64,000 bases of DNA from Trichosphaerium sp. ATCC 40318. Its lineage: Eukaryota > Protista > Tubulinea. Below the pieces are notes generated by a model. It was not told the origin of the DNA, made no database searches, and saw only the letters and a list, made by a program, of their open reading frames with translations. Both the position numbers and the translations under genes were made by a program. Every line of letters starts with the position of its first letter. Within the stretch, counting starts at the first letter, position 1. The stretch lies in the NCBI GenBank assembly GCA_038496445.1, contig JALMLS010000487.1:62001-126000 (forward strand), written 5' to 3'. Below, in pieces: positions 23,011 to 37,230 of the stretch.

Positions 23011-24243
23011 TTAGCCCACCTGTGTAACTTTTGTTTGCTGTTCACTACAGAGCTCAAGGTTCGTTTCTTCTTTTATAAAATTCATAGGTACCCTATCCCA
23101 CCTTTCAATAAAATAAAGAGAATTACATGGCGACTCCCTGTTGTTTAAGTCAGCATCATGACAATCGCAAAATATGTTTTCTTGTCGTTCTTTTCTATGT
23201 CCACATGGCACTATAGAAAAACAATATTAGCGACTAACGAGTACTTCCATTTCAATGTTAAAGGTGAAGGTAACTAGACAAATCAAAACTCAAAAGAAAG
23301 AAATACAAACAGCCAATCTCAGCAAGAATGAGAGAAAGCCAAAAAAAAAAACAAAAACGAAAGACCTTGGTTGACAAAAAAAAAATTTCAGTGGCTTTGA
23401 AGCGTGATTATTACTTACTATATCCACCATGACCTATCATTTTGAATGTAGACTTTCTTGAATATGTATGGTTGAAGTAATTAAAAACGAAAATACAACT
23501 TGCAAAATTCCTCCCCAATATTTGATCACATTGAAGTGACTCTGGATTTGTATCACTTACCTCTTGAGCGCTTTCATTAAGTAATTTGATATAAGGTTCT
23601 ATTCTAGAAACTACAAGTACAAGTCCAGAGAAACCAAGGCCATATGAAATAGAGAAACAGTGTTGAAGAGCCTCGTCAATATGAAAATCGCTGAGTTTGA
23701 AAATATCACAATAATTCATATCATCTTCAACAATGAATAACTTCGCGTCCTGTGGTAGGTTCTGATGAAGGTATGAAAAAGCAAATACAAGAGCAGCATT
23801 CTGAGAGTTATGTGAACCATATTTAGGAATGTACTAAGGCCAAAAAAGGTCAGGTTTCGCGTGGGAACAAAAAACCTAAGAGAAAAAAAACCCTCCAACT
23901 TTGCGGTTTTTGTTTACAATTCCTCTCTTACGCGTACCTCTGTTTCTAGTAACCTGTCTCCGTGGTATAAGTAAGCCATATCTTCTAAAACGTCTAAAGT
24001 ATAACAATCATCAAGTAAACACGTGGCTATTGGTTTACGCTTAAAGTTCTTTGTTAAAAGCTGTATATACTCTGGTCTTTGTTTTAAATAATCAAGAATA
24101 CCCGTCTTCTTATTTTCACCTGTCATATACTCTAACGACATTGTTGATAGCGTAAAAATTTGAAACGTGAATATAGCAGCGTTTAGAACAAGAAAAAGAA
24201 ATAATATACGATAACCAAGGCTTCTTGGCCATATATAACCCAT
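23011..24243 (-). CDS. Putative type II membrane GT-A glycosyltransferase
   Basis: N-terminal TM (ILFLFLVLNAAIFTF), LFIVEDD motif, late FNHTYSRKST motif; 3 exons. Confidence 0.6.
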
Positions 24244-25019
24244 TTTGGAATCAGCTGGTTACGTCAAGGGTGTTTTGATTGTAGAGGCACGTGTTTTTGT
24301 ATTAATATTGGCTTCTTTCGCACGTGATACAAGAAACAGCGTGTACAATCGAATAGTAAGGGAACTTGTATTATTACGTAGACGTAGTCAAAACGGAGTC
24401 AAAGGCGATGATACAAACGAACGCGCTAGACTACAAGAGTAAACAACTACGAAAACGCTTCAAAACTAGGCTGATATCTTGTACAAAATAAATATTTAGG
24501 AAAGTGGCTTGTGTACGCAAAACAGGAAGTGCCACTTCTTTGAACACGTGTTGGTGACCCTTGAGTTCATGGTTACCCTTTGCTCGTGTAATAATGAAGT
24601 CTACGTCACAGTTACGATAAAAGGCGGTCAATACCACTACTACATGTAGTGTTTAGGACAAAATAAGAAGTTGTTCTAGCTCTATGCGTAACAAATTACA
24701 TGTTAGTGATAGAACTGTCCCTTCCTTCTCCGTAAACCTAAGACTAGTATGTCACAATGTTGTTTTACTTTGGAATAAGTCACTTTTGATTCAAACAGGT
24801 TTATTTCCGTGGGCCTTGTAATACTACATGCCATATTTGTTGATTTACAATCAACCACGTGCTTTTCTAGTAAGGTGGAAACTCGATAGACGGAAAAAAA
24901 AAGAACCAGGTTTTTTTTTAATTACATGATCAGTTGTTCAAGGAACAATGCGCTATACAGGTGATAATTTATTTTGTTATTAAAATAACAGCGACGAGTG
25001 TTTTGTACGTTGATTTGAA

Positions 25020-26407
25020 CTACAATGACGCTAAAGATGCAATTAAAGAAGTAGCAATAGATAAAAATGTAGCACTTAAATCATAGCTTGAAGAAACACT
25101 TTGAGGTGCCACAGGTGTTGTTGGAGAGGACGTCGGCGCTGTAGTTGTTCGAGAAACCGTTGGTGAGTACGTTGTTGGTGATAAAATACTTGGATTAGGG
25201 AAGATAGTAAAGTCAGCTGTTGTTGGAAGAATGTTTTCTTCAACAATGCATGCAGAAAAGTTGAATGATGGGATATCAAACAAGATTGCTGATCCGTTCT
25301 CGCAAGCAACTATAAGTGTATCGGAATCTAACACTGTCATTCCTTAACTGAAGTCAGTTTAACAAATAAAGAAGCGGAGAATAGGTTTAGACATACCTTT
25401 GAAGAACTGATTACAGTAGCTTGGAGTTGATGAAGTTCTTAGAGTTTCACAATTGTCTGTAAGATTTTCTTGAGGAATTGAAGCTTCGATAAGCATCCCT
25501 GACCCACCAAGGACGTACAGCTTGTCGCCAATTACAGCAGCTTAAAATTGGGTAAGAAATGGACAATGTAGTACGTGGTACACAACAAAAAACCAATCAG
25601 TTTTCAGTTGTAGATTTGTGACCCTAAAATTTATAAGTACCATGTTCATCATCTGCTGCTCCTCCTGTTACAATAGCAGGGCATCTTTTGGTGAGGACAC
25701 ATGTATCAGGGTCCAATTCTGCAAGCCCACGGACAGTAAATTCACCGTCTTTATTCTCACCCCATAAGTACAACTTGCCGCTAAATGGGTCTACTGACAT
25801 TGCTCCATATGTTGATATATTACATTGTTTAAGCTATTGACAGGCTAGTTAGCTTTTTTTTGCTGCAATATCTCAAAGTGTCACCGGTATTTTATGCAAA
25901 CATAATTCCTCTTCTCACTGAATGTGTAAAAAGTAACAAACGCATACTTTGTTTAACATTCGTAATTTTGTTTTACCAAAAAAACCCGAAAACAGAAGTA
26001 GCGAGAGAATCCGGAAGGTAGGCTAGGACGTACCTTTGTGCAGTTTCTATCGTAGATGTAAGTTGGTCTACTAGCTGACAACGCGAAACCAACAGGACCA
26101 AGTCCTATTACAATTCTCTCATCAGGAAGCACAGCTATCGCTGTGATGTCTACGAGACCGGTCAGCGTAGTAGTACTAGAAACATTGGCGCATTCTAAAA
26201 GATGGTTTAGTACAAAAGCTTCAAACTCGTTTAAAACGTACGGCCAAGCGCTTCACTTGTATTCAACCTATTTAAAAAGCTTATTCCGATGGTCTCAGCG
26301 CTAAAATCTTGTATTTCTACAATATAGCTATTAAAGCTTCCTGGGATCACTGCAATAGATAGAGCAATCATACTAAAAACTAACTGAAACAATAGAGAGG
26401 TGTTCAT
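25020..26407 (-). CDS. Secreted/GPI-anchored surface protein (beta-propeller-like domain, S/T/P stalk)
   Basis: Signal peptide MNTSLLFQLVFSMIALSIA, beta-rich repeats (MSVDPFSGKLYLWG, VIGDKLYVLGG), SPTT stalk, hydrophobic C-terminus. Confidence 0.65.
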
Positions 26408-27131
26408 GGTTGTATGCTTCCGTTTTTGGAAAAATGAATAACAAGTCAAAAATCATCTATTCATCAACTCTTTAAATAACATTTACACTGTTGAACTAAC
26501 ACAAGCGTAATTGAAAGCCTCAGATAACATTTTAGAGTCATACAAGAACATGGCATGTTTCATGAGAACAAAATTACATTCAGATAATGAGGTGTCAACA
26601 CGAACTTCGCTGCAACAGCGAACTTCCGCCAGCAAACAGTGAATGGTATTTGAAAGGAAAAACAGTTGACGAGCAAAACGTCTGGTGGTTCTAGCGCAGG
26701 CCTTGACGTTTTATTAACCAACAAGAACAAAGTAAGGTACAGAGCTCCTTTAGCACCATCTATGGCGCCTCCTGCAACCCCTTGCACCGCTTCACCACCT
26801 TTAACCCTGTATCACGGAAGCGCCATTCCTATCAGCTCCAGCTTCCCACTGATCCTTTCGACTACATGTTACTCTGAAAGTCGAACCGAGTTACTAGATT
26901 CTATCGGCAACATGAGTGGCTTAACCCCAACGCATGGATTTTAAGCGTTCATACTAACAATGGAATTTGTTTTTTATATAGTGTTAGCACAAAATCTCGT
27001 TGCACTTTGTACGCTGATTTAGTTTTAACAAGAACATCACAAGGTGTTAGGTTTATTAGATTTTATGCGTACAAAAATAGTCATAATCAGCCAAACACAG
27101 CATTCTCTTGATGTTCAAATTGAATCTGCAA

Positions 27132-29706
27132 TTAAAATATCAGAACAAATAATACTTCTGTGGAGTGTACATGTTTTCTTGGAAACGGAATAGTATTTCT
27201 ATCGTGTATCTTCCCAATAACTATCGACATAAGCTTACAAAGTTTAATGCCTATAGTAAAGAGGTGTTAGAAGTACAGCAAAAAAGTCAATGCTTCAACC
27301 CCAACACGAAAGAAACTCGTAAAACAACATTTGAATATGCAATCCTACGCACTAAATCCAGATTGCGGAACAGATCCGTATCGTTTAATATCAGTGTACC
27401 ATTTATAATCACTTTCACTCAAACCACACTGTTTTATTCTTCGTAGTAGCATATCAAGGCGCTCTTCTTTTTGAGAACCTTAATCAAAGTTAGACATCAA
27501 AATATTCAATCTAAACCTCATCTCTACCACTGGCTATTAGACCTAATTTGGGCCATATTAGTTCCATGCTTGAACACGTTTTGTTGTCATCATTAAGGCG
27601 TATATTAAATTCCTTAACAAAATATTATAAGGAAAGAGAAGCAATAAGCACTACCTTTATATCTACTGGATAATCTGTTAGGATGATAGGCTTCTTAAAT
27701 TTAATATCTGTAAGGTACCGCATATGTTCTATGTCCAAGTTCATACCCCATGCAATGTACTATAATTAAAAAAAAAGTAAGGTACGTACCAAAAATAACA
27801 TTCATAAGAAAAAAACAAGAAGAGGAGTTTGCTACAAAAACACGTACCCAATCAAACTGTTCAGTATCATTTGCTTTTTTTAATATATTCAAAGCTTCAT
27901 TATATGTCATACGAATAAATGGTGCTATAGAAAAAGTCTTTAAACGGTCTATAAGAGATGTTGTTTGTGTTGCTTTTTTTTTCTGTTTTTGAACTTTTTT
28001 TGAAATTGTGCCAACACTTGTTGATTGTGTTGTTGAGGCTGTTGTTGTTTTGGGAGGTTTTCTAGAGTTTCTATTTATTTTATCTTCTCTTATTTTTTTA
28101 TTTTCATAAGCTTGGCATATCTCTAGGTCTCCGTATACCTTGTCAATGCAATATTTTATAACAAACCGGATAAAAGCCTATCACAAACATGGTAAGCTGC
28201 AACAGTTTTTTAGTTTGTTTGTCATTACCTCAGCAATATCTATGCTGTCATTCAGGTCTCTAAATGCCATTGCAGCCTCTATCATCCAGAATTCTGCTAA
28301 ACCGCTGCCGGAAGCCCACCCAACCCTTTAATATCTTGTTTAAATCATGCACGTTCTTTTTTAGTTTGCATTTCTTTGCGTACTCGAAAGCAGGACCAAA
28401 AGAGTATACATTAGATAAAGAAGATGCAAAAGCCTCTGTGTGGAGTTGAGCAGAAGTAGTAGCAAAGGTAGGTTGTTTAAAGAAATCTTTGGAGTAATCA
28501 ACCTTTCCTTCTGTTGTATGTGCAATGTTGTCTACTCTGTCCCTCAGCAATGTAGTAACCTGGAACCCATATCCTTCACCATCTGTTGAAGTTATAACAG
28601 GCGCATGAATATTTATAAAGCCCTTTTTGATTAAAGGGTGAGTAACACGAACTACTACACAATGTGATGAATTTGTTGCTACCTTATTTTGAAAGAACAG
28701 ATGAGTTGCAAAAGAAATCGCGTTTCTTATCCTGAATATAGCTCCATGCTAGTACTATTATTAGAGCGAAACAGTTACGGCCGTTAAAATAAATGCTTCC
28801 TTCACGTTCGCTTAACAAAGTGGGTGAAAAAGTCATTTGCTCCCGTGCTGTTTTTTAACAATATTTTAAGAAAAAAATACGAACCAAATGAGCCCTTGGT
28901 CTTAGATGATTTATGTCGTTTAGGCTTGCTAAAAAAGAGGTACGTGGTAATTTTAACGGGTAATCGTCTCTAGGACATCCACCAACAACTTTAATTGTAC
29001 CACACAGCATCTCAATACGATAATCATCCTGTACCACTAAAGTACGTAAACAAACAATAAATCACATTCGCCATTAGCATCAACTCTCCAAGAGAGTATT
29101 CTGAAAACTCTTAACTCATACTTACTTGACTTTACTATTTTCCCTGTGACTAGAACAGACATACCACGGTTTATAGACCTGACAGTGTCATAGTTTTCAC
29201 CGCCTTCAACAATCACCTACAAAAATGAGAAAAAGATGTTTAACTTTTTTTGTTTTTTGAGTACGTACAGTAAGTGATGAGTGTGTAGTCCCATCCACAA
29301 CTGACAAGATACCAAGCGAAGCACGTCGAGCAATTCTAAAGGGAAATTACATTCGTTTATCGTCTCAACATCATAATTTTGACTAATACTTATGTTTTTA
29401 CGCGCCTACAGAATCCAATCCATCCTCCAACAGTAATAACTTTACCAATAAACCTTCGTAATTTCGAAAACAGCTAAAATTACGTTAAACGCCAAAGCCA
29501 CACTTTATAACAGCATTAGCACTGACTTACATGCTTTATCGTGACTCGTTTGTTAACGTTATGTTCAACGACTCTAACACGTTGTTCTAGCTGTTAAAGC
29601 CTTTTAGTACACCGCGCCTGTCACAATCTTTGGTTACCTCCTTTATTGTTATTCTGTATTTTTCGAGCTCAAGTTCAAGCTCTGCCCTTGACTTTTCTTC
29701 TGTCAT
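27132..29706 (-). CDS. Asparaginyl-tRNA synthetase-like protein with degenerate catalytic motifs
   Basis: OB fold ([14 protein letters not shown]), [58 protein letters not shown]. Confidence 0.85.
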
Positions 29707-29859
29707 GTAGTTCGTTACTATCAGTGGATGATTTTGATTGTGTGAGGAGCTTAATTCAATGAAAGCTCTCTTAATGTACAAGGTCAAGGAGTCTGAACTG
29801 AAAAACACAGAAATGCACAACACTTAAGCTCTGTCTTGTAACATTGTGTGGTTTTTATT

Positions 29860-32637
29860 TTAAAATTCGATGTCGTTTACAAAGCGTCTTATCATATCGT
29901 ATGCACGTCGAGGCTACAAATCAAACATTAGTAACTGGTGACTCAGAAAAAGACAAAAAGATGTCTTCACATTATGAATTCGTTTCAAGATTTTGAATTG
30001 CGTGTCGCTTGTAGGTGTAGTAAAACCGATTATTTACCTGATCTTGAGGAACAAGATGACCTGCATCTCTTACAACAGCTTGGGTAAAGTTATTGACCTT
30101 TCTTACAAACCCAGCAACCTATCAAAGATGTTAACAAGTCATAAAAATACAGAAAATAACAAGATCTAAAACTGTTTTATGAACACATGCAGAATATTGA
30201 CTTTAGTGTTGTAAATGACTTTGTAGGCAAAGTATTCGGTATGAAATTAGACCAATTAAATACAATTATTGCCATTTGGAAGAGTAAAGAAAAGATTGTA
30301 AGTTATTATGGAATTGTGAAGAAAACATGAACTTCGCTTTGTTTTCAAGTTTACTCACCTCTACGTCATTTGGATCTACCTTCCATATCTTCTTTTTGGC
30401 AACTAAGTATTCAGATTGACCGGTCCACTTGAGTTGACGTAGAAAGTTCTCACAAACAGCTGCTGATAAAATAATATCATTTTGACCGTTGTAAATTAGA
30501 ACCTTGTAGTTTTCCATCAAAGGTACAAGGAATTGTAAAACATCCACCATCCAATCGTTTATCAAGTACTTTTCAACTATTTTAATGTTAATATTCGATA
30601 AAGAAAAGAATAAGAAGGGTGACATAACATGAGCATGTTTCACAAAATGTTTCTTGAAAAACGAAAATAAACAAGCATGAACCACGCCTCCCACACCTTT
30701 TTTTTTGGAGACAAGTTTGATAGGTATGTAGAACAACAACTCTTAATTGTTGGTGCACAGAAAAAATAAAAGTGACGACATGTAGAAAACAACAAGCTGT
30801 CATTGCTGCAAGAAAAAAATAAGAATACTGTACCTGTATTGTTCTGCATTTCAAAAGTGTAACCACCAACATGTACAGCATCTCTTGTTGTTTCCAAGTT
30901 CAAGAACTGTCCGTAAGGATTTGGTGGATATACTGGTGTACGTATGTTGTAGTAGTTCGTTGTGCCGCTGATGTTGCTAAACAAAAATGAGAACGGGTGG
31001 AAAAAACGTAAATGGTTTGGTTCTTAGGTCTGGTTTAGTCAAAGTCGACCCACAACAATGCTGTGAAGTTGGGAATTTTCAAAAGAAATGTACTCGCTTT
31101 GTTTGTAGCAAGAATAGGAGTAGTTTTGAGATTTTATACGATACTGTAGAGAAGAAAAAAGAATGTGATTTTCAATATGCAACATGACGGAATTGGACAG
31201 TAACGTAGAATGTTGATATCAAAATAGAATTAACTTCAATCCGTACTTGAAGTATGTTGGGTATTGAAAAAAGTCACCATTGATCATCTCGTCGAAGTAC
31301 AAGAAAGCTTTGTAATACTCTTTTTGAAGAATATATTTCTTAATATTTGCTTCATAGTTTTGAATAACAATCATCTCATTATAGTCTGCAATACCAGCAT
31401 TAAAAGCGAGAGTACCATAGCCCTGAAATTAAAAACTCGGTTAGTCATATACTCTAAAATCATTGTCTGGATTCGCGACAAAAGAGGAGCAATCCAAAAA
31501 AGTGGTCAAAACAAATGATAACATTTACCTGTGTTTGAGTAAGAGGTTGCATCATACCATCACCAATAGATATTCCTTTAAGGTTAATCTTCTTTTCAGC
31601 TTTAGGATTATTTATATGAATTGTATAAGCTGCAGCTGGGATATATTTACCAGCGTAAGATTCACCTAGAAACGTATTAGCTCATTTTTCTTTTTTTCAG
31701 AAAGCGAGCGTCAAAGTTCGTACCTGTTACATAGAAATCGGCTGCTCTGTACGATTCAAACATTTCAAAGAATTGGTAAAGGGTGGTGTACCTTGAAAGA
31801 ACATTTAATATCACGTGATATAATGAAATTCAAAAAAAGAACAAAAAATAACAAAAAAAGATTGACACATACAAATTTGCGCCTACTTCGGCCTCATCTG
31901 TAACAAATCCAGAGTTACTGGTTGTAAAACTGAACCCTAAAAAATCATTAATTATTTCTACATAAGACAATACTTTCAATTATCCCACAGGGAGATAAAT
32001 GCCAATATGATGAAGTCAAAAACGAAAAAAAATCATTTGGTTTGTACCGACACCAACTGGATTATCAATGTACACGACATTAAATAGCTTAGTCCATGAA
32101 AATGGGCTTGCTTTTAGCGTTTTACCATCGCCGTCAACCGAGAAAGGACCGTTTTCTTCAAATAGCCCAGCCATAGATGAGAAACCTGGTCCGCCCTACG
32201 ACTGTTAGCGTAAAACCACAAAAAGAGATTTGATAGCGTCATCAACAGGTAAATCAAGTAAAACTAGCTAAAAATGCTAGCGGACGCACGTTTAGCCATA
32301 GCAGAACCGGTTTTTCTTCTGGGTTAGCGCATTCGCATGGGAAAAACCAGAAAAACATATTGCTGTTTGTTGTCGCATTTACAGTGATGTACCCGGAGTA
32401 ACTAGTTAAACCACCAAGTGTCACCTTACTATTGAGGATTTTAGCTTAAAATCGCTTATTATTGTTTACCTGAGCGACCGAGCTGTTGCAGCGTCATTTG
32501 GAAGGTACTTAGATACAAACAACGGTTCTGAGCATACTGCCAAGCCTGTAGCCGTTTTAATATATTGTACATAATGAACGATCAAACATACCGATAAAAC
32601 ACGCAATGACAAGTATAACGAGTTGTCTGCTTGCCAT
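29860..32637 (-). CDS. Serine carboxypeptidase S10 (CPVL-like), secreted
   Basis: SYSGYITV, WLNGGPG, YIDNPVG, GESYAG, YNGQND and AGHLVPQDQ motifs; signal peptide. Confidence 0.95.
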
Positions 32638-33648
32638 TTTTAGGGCCGTGGGTAACTTCGCACTTAATTGGTCCGCTAAGGAAGGTTGAGTGTCCCGGAT
32701 TTGGATATTATGTTTGTATCGTTAAAATTGCACGTGGTAGTTTTTTTCTCTTGTGTTGTTAATAAGGTAGCTACACAAAAAGCCACACTGTGGTAGTGTC
32801 CACATACTCAAAACATTCGCACTCTATGCAAATTATAGCCTTTCACGTGATTTTATATAAGTTGATTACTTCAGATTTTTTTGTACTTCTTCAGTTTGTT
32901 CATTAATATTCTTTTCCATTTCACTTTAACGTTGGTAAGTTTCATTTGCTACACTATAGGCATGGTATGGAACAATTTTCTAGACAAGGTTATTCAGCAA
33001 TTGTAGTCTCACATCAGCCTGTTGCATGAAGTAAATTGGCGATAGGATCGCCTTAACATAAAGTAATTTTAGATTATTATTACCTCTTGCCTTGCGATAC
33101 TGTAGCTTAACGATGTGTAGAGTCTGATTTCTACAATATTGACCACTCTTATGTATGTAGCATATGTTTAACCACCTCTTAAAACTTGCAAATACTGCCA
33201 TGCGCTAGATTATTTTGTGATTCGCGTAAAACTATTAGCTAGCGCCTAGGCTATTGTATGAATATCAAAAGATGAATTCGTTTCCAATAAAGTATCCGGG
33301 AACTGTTTGCTTATTCTCCGATATTGTAAACTCTTTTTCACGACCGTAGGTGCGGAAAAAATAAAACCCCGCAATCCCATTCGATTGTATTTATTGGATA
33401 TGTAGGATGGTTCGCTTCCAAGCTACATTAGCGAACTGTTATACTCGAGTTATTTTTATTCAAAACACTAAGAAATCATGTGATCATCTTATCTAACCTT
33501 TGTAGGACAAGGCAATCTAATTAGTTGGCCTTCGTTATATAAATTTACCCGCTGCCTAATGTGATTTAACTGCACACTAGCGTATGAGAAAGTTACTAGC
33601 GAATCATTCTACTGACATTTTCAAACAATTAACAATACAAGCGGAAAA

Positions 33649-34644
33649 ATGGTACGAAGCAAATTTCCGCTGTTCTATCTCTGTATCTCACAGTATACCC
33701 AGAACTGGATTGTTTTATCGGTTTGTGTGGCACTCTTCCTTACGCAAGTTACAGCGCTAGACAAAAACAAAACGCCTGGACAAAACTTCGACCTCAGCAA
33801 CTGGAAGATAACACTTCCTGATTCATCAGCAAGCGAAAGATCACCTTCTCAAGTACGCAACTATTTCTCCTCTTGCTACAAAGTCATGCCTTTGTAATAT
33901 TCCTGTTAGCTGCGCACATACGTTTCCAACTACTTTTACACTGGTGGCGATGGATCAATGACCTTCTATTGTCCTTCAAATGGCGGTACAACAAGTGGAT
34001 CAAGTTACCCAAGATCTGAGCTACGTCAACTCTGTAACCCAGGTGACGATAACTACGTACACAACAACAATGCTAAGCTAAAGCAAACTCGCTGACTTTT
34101 TTTTAGAATTGGCACATATCTGATAAAAACGTGATGAAAGCAAGACTCAAAGTTGATAGAGCCAAAACAGATGCCAAAAAAGTTGTAGTACTTCAAATTC
34201 ACGCTTTTGACGCACCACCTCTTATCAAAATTCAATGGGAATCTAACGGGAATATCTACGCTTTGTACAAGAAAAACAGAAACGGTGACGATGCTCCAAA
34301 GGTATGTATAACATTAAATTGCATAGAATTTACACTTCAATTAACACAAACTTGAGGTTACTCTGGGCAGTGTTGGATTTGGTCGTTTTGATATGGAGAT
34401 ACATGTACGTCCTCGACACCATGTAAGTTGTTTTGATGTTTACCAATAGGCTGACAACGGGCGGCTCAAAGTGTACCTCAATGGTGCTAAAAAACTGGAC
34501 GTAAATGTTGGTGGATATTGGAGCAGCTTCACAAACTACTTCAAGGCTGGTAGCTACTTACAAGCAAACTCTGGCGGTCAGTTCGCTACAGTCCGATTCT
34601 ATGAATTGGATATCACCAGCCAAGGGCCTTGTGAAGAAGATTAA
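33649..34644 (+). CDS. Polysaccharide lyase family 7 (alginate lyase), copy 1
   Basis: Signal peptide, FDLSNWKITLP, YPRSELR, QIH and YFKAGSYLQ; ATG-only first exon. Confidence 0.92.
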
Positions 34645-34881
34645 ATAAACTTGCTCACAACTTTTTTATTTCAAGCTGTTGCCAGTTTTAATTATGTTTT
34701 TGTTGGCGCTGTAGCGCTAGTACTCCTTTAAAAACGACACGTGGTCACCATGTGTTGCTTTAAAAAGATTTCATAAAGACGTAGCTGTTTCTTGGTATTC
34801 AGTACTGACAAGAAAACAGCTACACTTAATAGCCTCATGTTAAGTCGAAAACTCTGTACAAAACTAACCAGCATTACACAA

Positions 34882-36785
34882 ATGAAGGTGTTAATACTGA
34901 TCGCTTTGCTTTTTACTGTTGTAGCAGGTGCGTGTCGGTAAAAGCATAAACTCGCTTTATCTTGTTTGTGTCACCTCACAATATGTGTAGCTAGTACAGC
35001 ACCACTTCATAATGTTGATATTGGTATACACAATGAGTTCTTGGTTATTTTCAACCAAAATGTCACCGAATTTACGGGTACGCTTTGCAAACTTCTCGAA
35101 AAAACAAAGCGATACTTCCCAACTACCATTCTCTAGTTGCTCAGCATATTTCTTCGTTTAAATCTATTGATGGTAACTCTATCGCATTTGTTTTTAAAAA
35201 TACACCTGGATACGCAGCAACACTTACTCCTGAGTACGTTGTTTAGCCTTTTTCTTTCGGTTTTGGTTAATAAATCAATGTCACTTGATATCACATTCAC
35301 CAACCGTTTTTTTGTAGCACCTTGGCACGTGTTCGACAAGATCCAAATGTTGCGTTTGTAGAAGCCAATCAAATAGTCTATGGGGATGTTTTAGTTGGTG
35401 AAAATGGTAAATTGAAGACTGAGGTGAGGAGTAGATTTCAATGGAAAAGTATCACGTGATATTTACGTTATAAAAAGGATCCAAGAAAAGCTGTTCCTTG
35501 TCCAAACACTCAAAGTAATGTACCAAGTTGGGGTCTAGAAAGGTACACTCCTTACCAATATGTAATAACAACGTGAGTACTAACGAACCGTTGTAGGTTG
35601 TCTGTTGAAAGTGCTAACCAGATGAATAAGGAATATCATTATTACGAAAATGCTGGAGAAGGTGTTAACACATACATTCTTGATACGTTAGTAGCAATAT
35701 AAATACACGACTCTCGCTATTGTCTTATCTCTTATTTTTCTTAGAGGTGTCGAGATAACTCATCCTGATTTTGCTGGAAGAGCATTCTGGGGATTCAACT
35801 CTGGGTCAGGTCCAAATACAGATAGAAATGGTCATGGTACTCCATCTTAGTTAAGAACGTCTATTGTCAGCGAAATTCAATAGTCTTTTAGGTACACATG
35901 TTGCTGGCACTGTAGCAGGAACAAAGTATGGTATCGCCAAAAAGGCTACCATCTACGCTGTAAAGGTAGGATCCCGTTTTTTTATCGTTTTTTTCTTTTA
36001 TTGGTTCGTTTCCTTTGTTAAGTGATTGAAGGTACTTGGAAGTAAAGAAGAAGGCGCTGTTCCAGAAGCAACTATTTTCAACGTTGTAGCTGGCATTGAT
36101 TGGGTCACTTCTCATAAAAAACAACAAGGAAAACCAGCTGTAGCTAACATGTCACTAAGAACAGCTTTTGGTACTTCTCCATCAACAGATAGAGCAATGA
36201 AAGACGGTTACGATGCTGGTGTTGTATACACTTCATCTTCTGGTAATTTTAACAGAGACTCTTGCACTCAATCTCCTTCAAACGTACCATGGGGTATTTC
36301 AGTAGGAGCAACTGATGTCAAGGTACGGTCATATCACCACTGAGAAAAAACCCCGAAAAAAACTCGCTTTCTTTTGTGGTCTCTGCTAATCTTGTTCTTC
36401 TTTGGTAGGATGTCCGTTCATCTTTCTCAAATGCCGGTACTTGCACTCATGTATTCGGTCCTGGAACAGCTATAACATCTGCTTGGTTAAATAACGGTGA
36501 AAATACAATCAGCGGTACTTCAATGTCTTCTCCGCATGCTGCAGGAGTTGCAGCTCTCATCCTCGGTAACAACCCAAGTGCAACACCTGATGAGGTACGT
36601 ATACACTTGAACATTTCTAAATTCGTTGTGGCTTTAAACAAGAGGTACTCAGTTTTGTTTAGGTTAAGAAGATCATGCAGGACGAATCAGTTAAAGGCGC
36701 TATCAACCTAAACTGCAATGCTAACGAAGTACCTTCTGAGTGCATTAAGAGTCTTAATTATTTGACGCATGTACCTTGTTCTTAA
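34882..36785 (+). CDS. Subtilisin-like serine protease S8A (proteinase K-like) with I9 prodomain
   Basis: Signal peptide, SWGLER, catalytic YILDTG, HGTHVAG and GTSMSSPHAAG. Confidence 0.95.
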
Positions 36786-37230
36786 GACAACATCAATGTC
36801 AACACATTAATAAACCTTCCACCACAACAACATATTTAGTCTCACTGGCAAACTTATCAAATAAACTTTAATGGTAAGTTACGGTGGCTCCACCTTTCTT
36901 TTAGCGCAGCGAGAAGGAAAAAATCTGAGAAGCGCTCGTGGAAACAAATCTTGAAGTTTGTTGATTGTATGCCAGGACAAAATCCACGAAAAAAGCAATA
37001 ATGACATCCAAACAAAATACTATAATTTAACAACAGCACCTTCAAAAATCACTCGCCAAACTTTGATACAGGACTAAAAATGACGTTGCACCTCGACGCT
37101 CGGTTGTCTCGTATGTCAAACAACCTTTTGTACGACAAATGATACTGATAATGAACAACATTAAAACAGACCTGTATCTTTTGTTAATGAACATTTGCAA
37201 GGTTTATTACTTTTATCTTGATTTGATTCA

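Noticed and set aside
26610-26950. GC-richer island with short ORFs on both strands
   Set aside because: No recognisable domain, termini or splice structure; possibly a TE relic but unsupported
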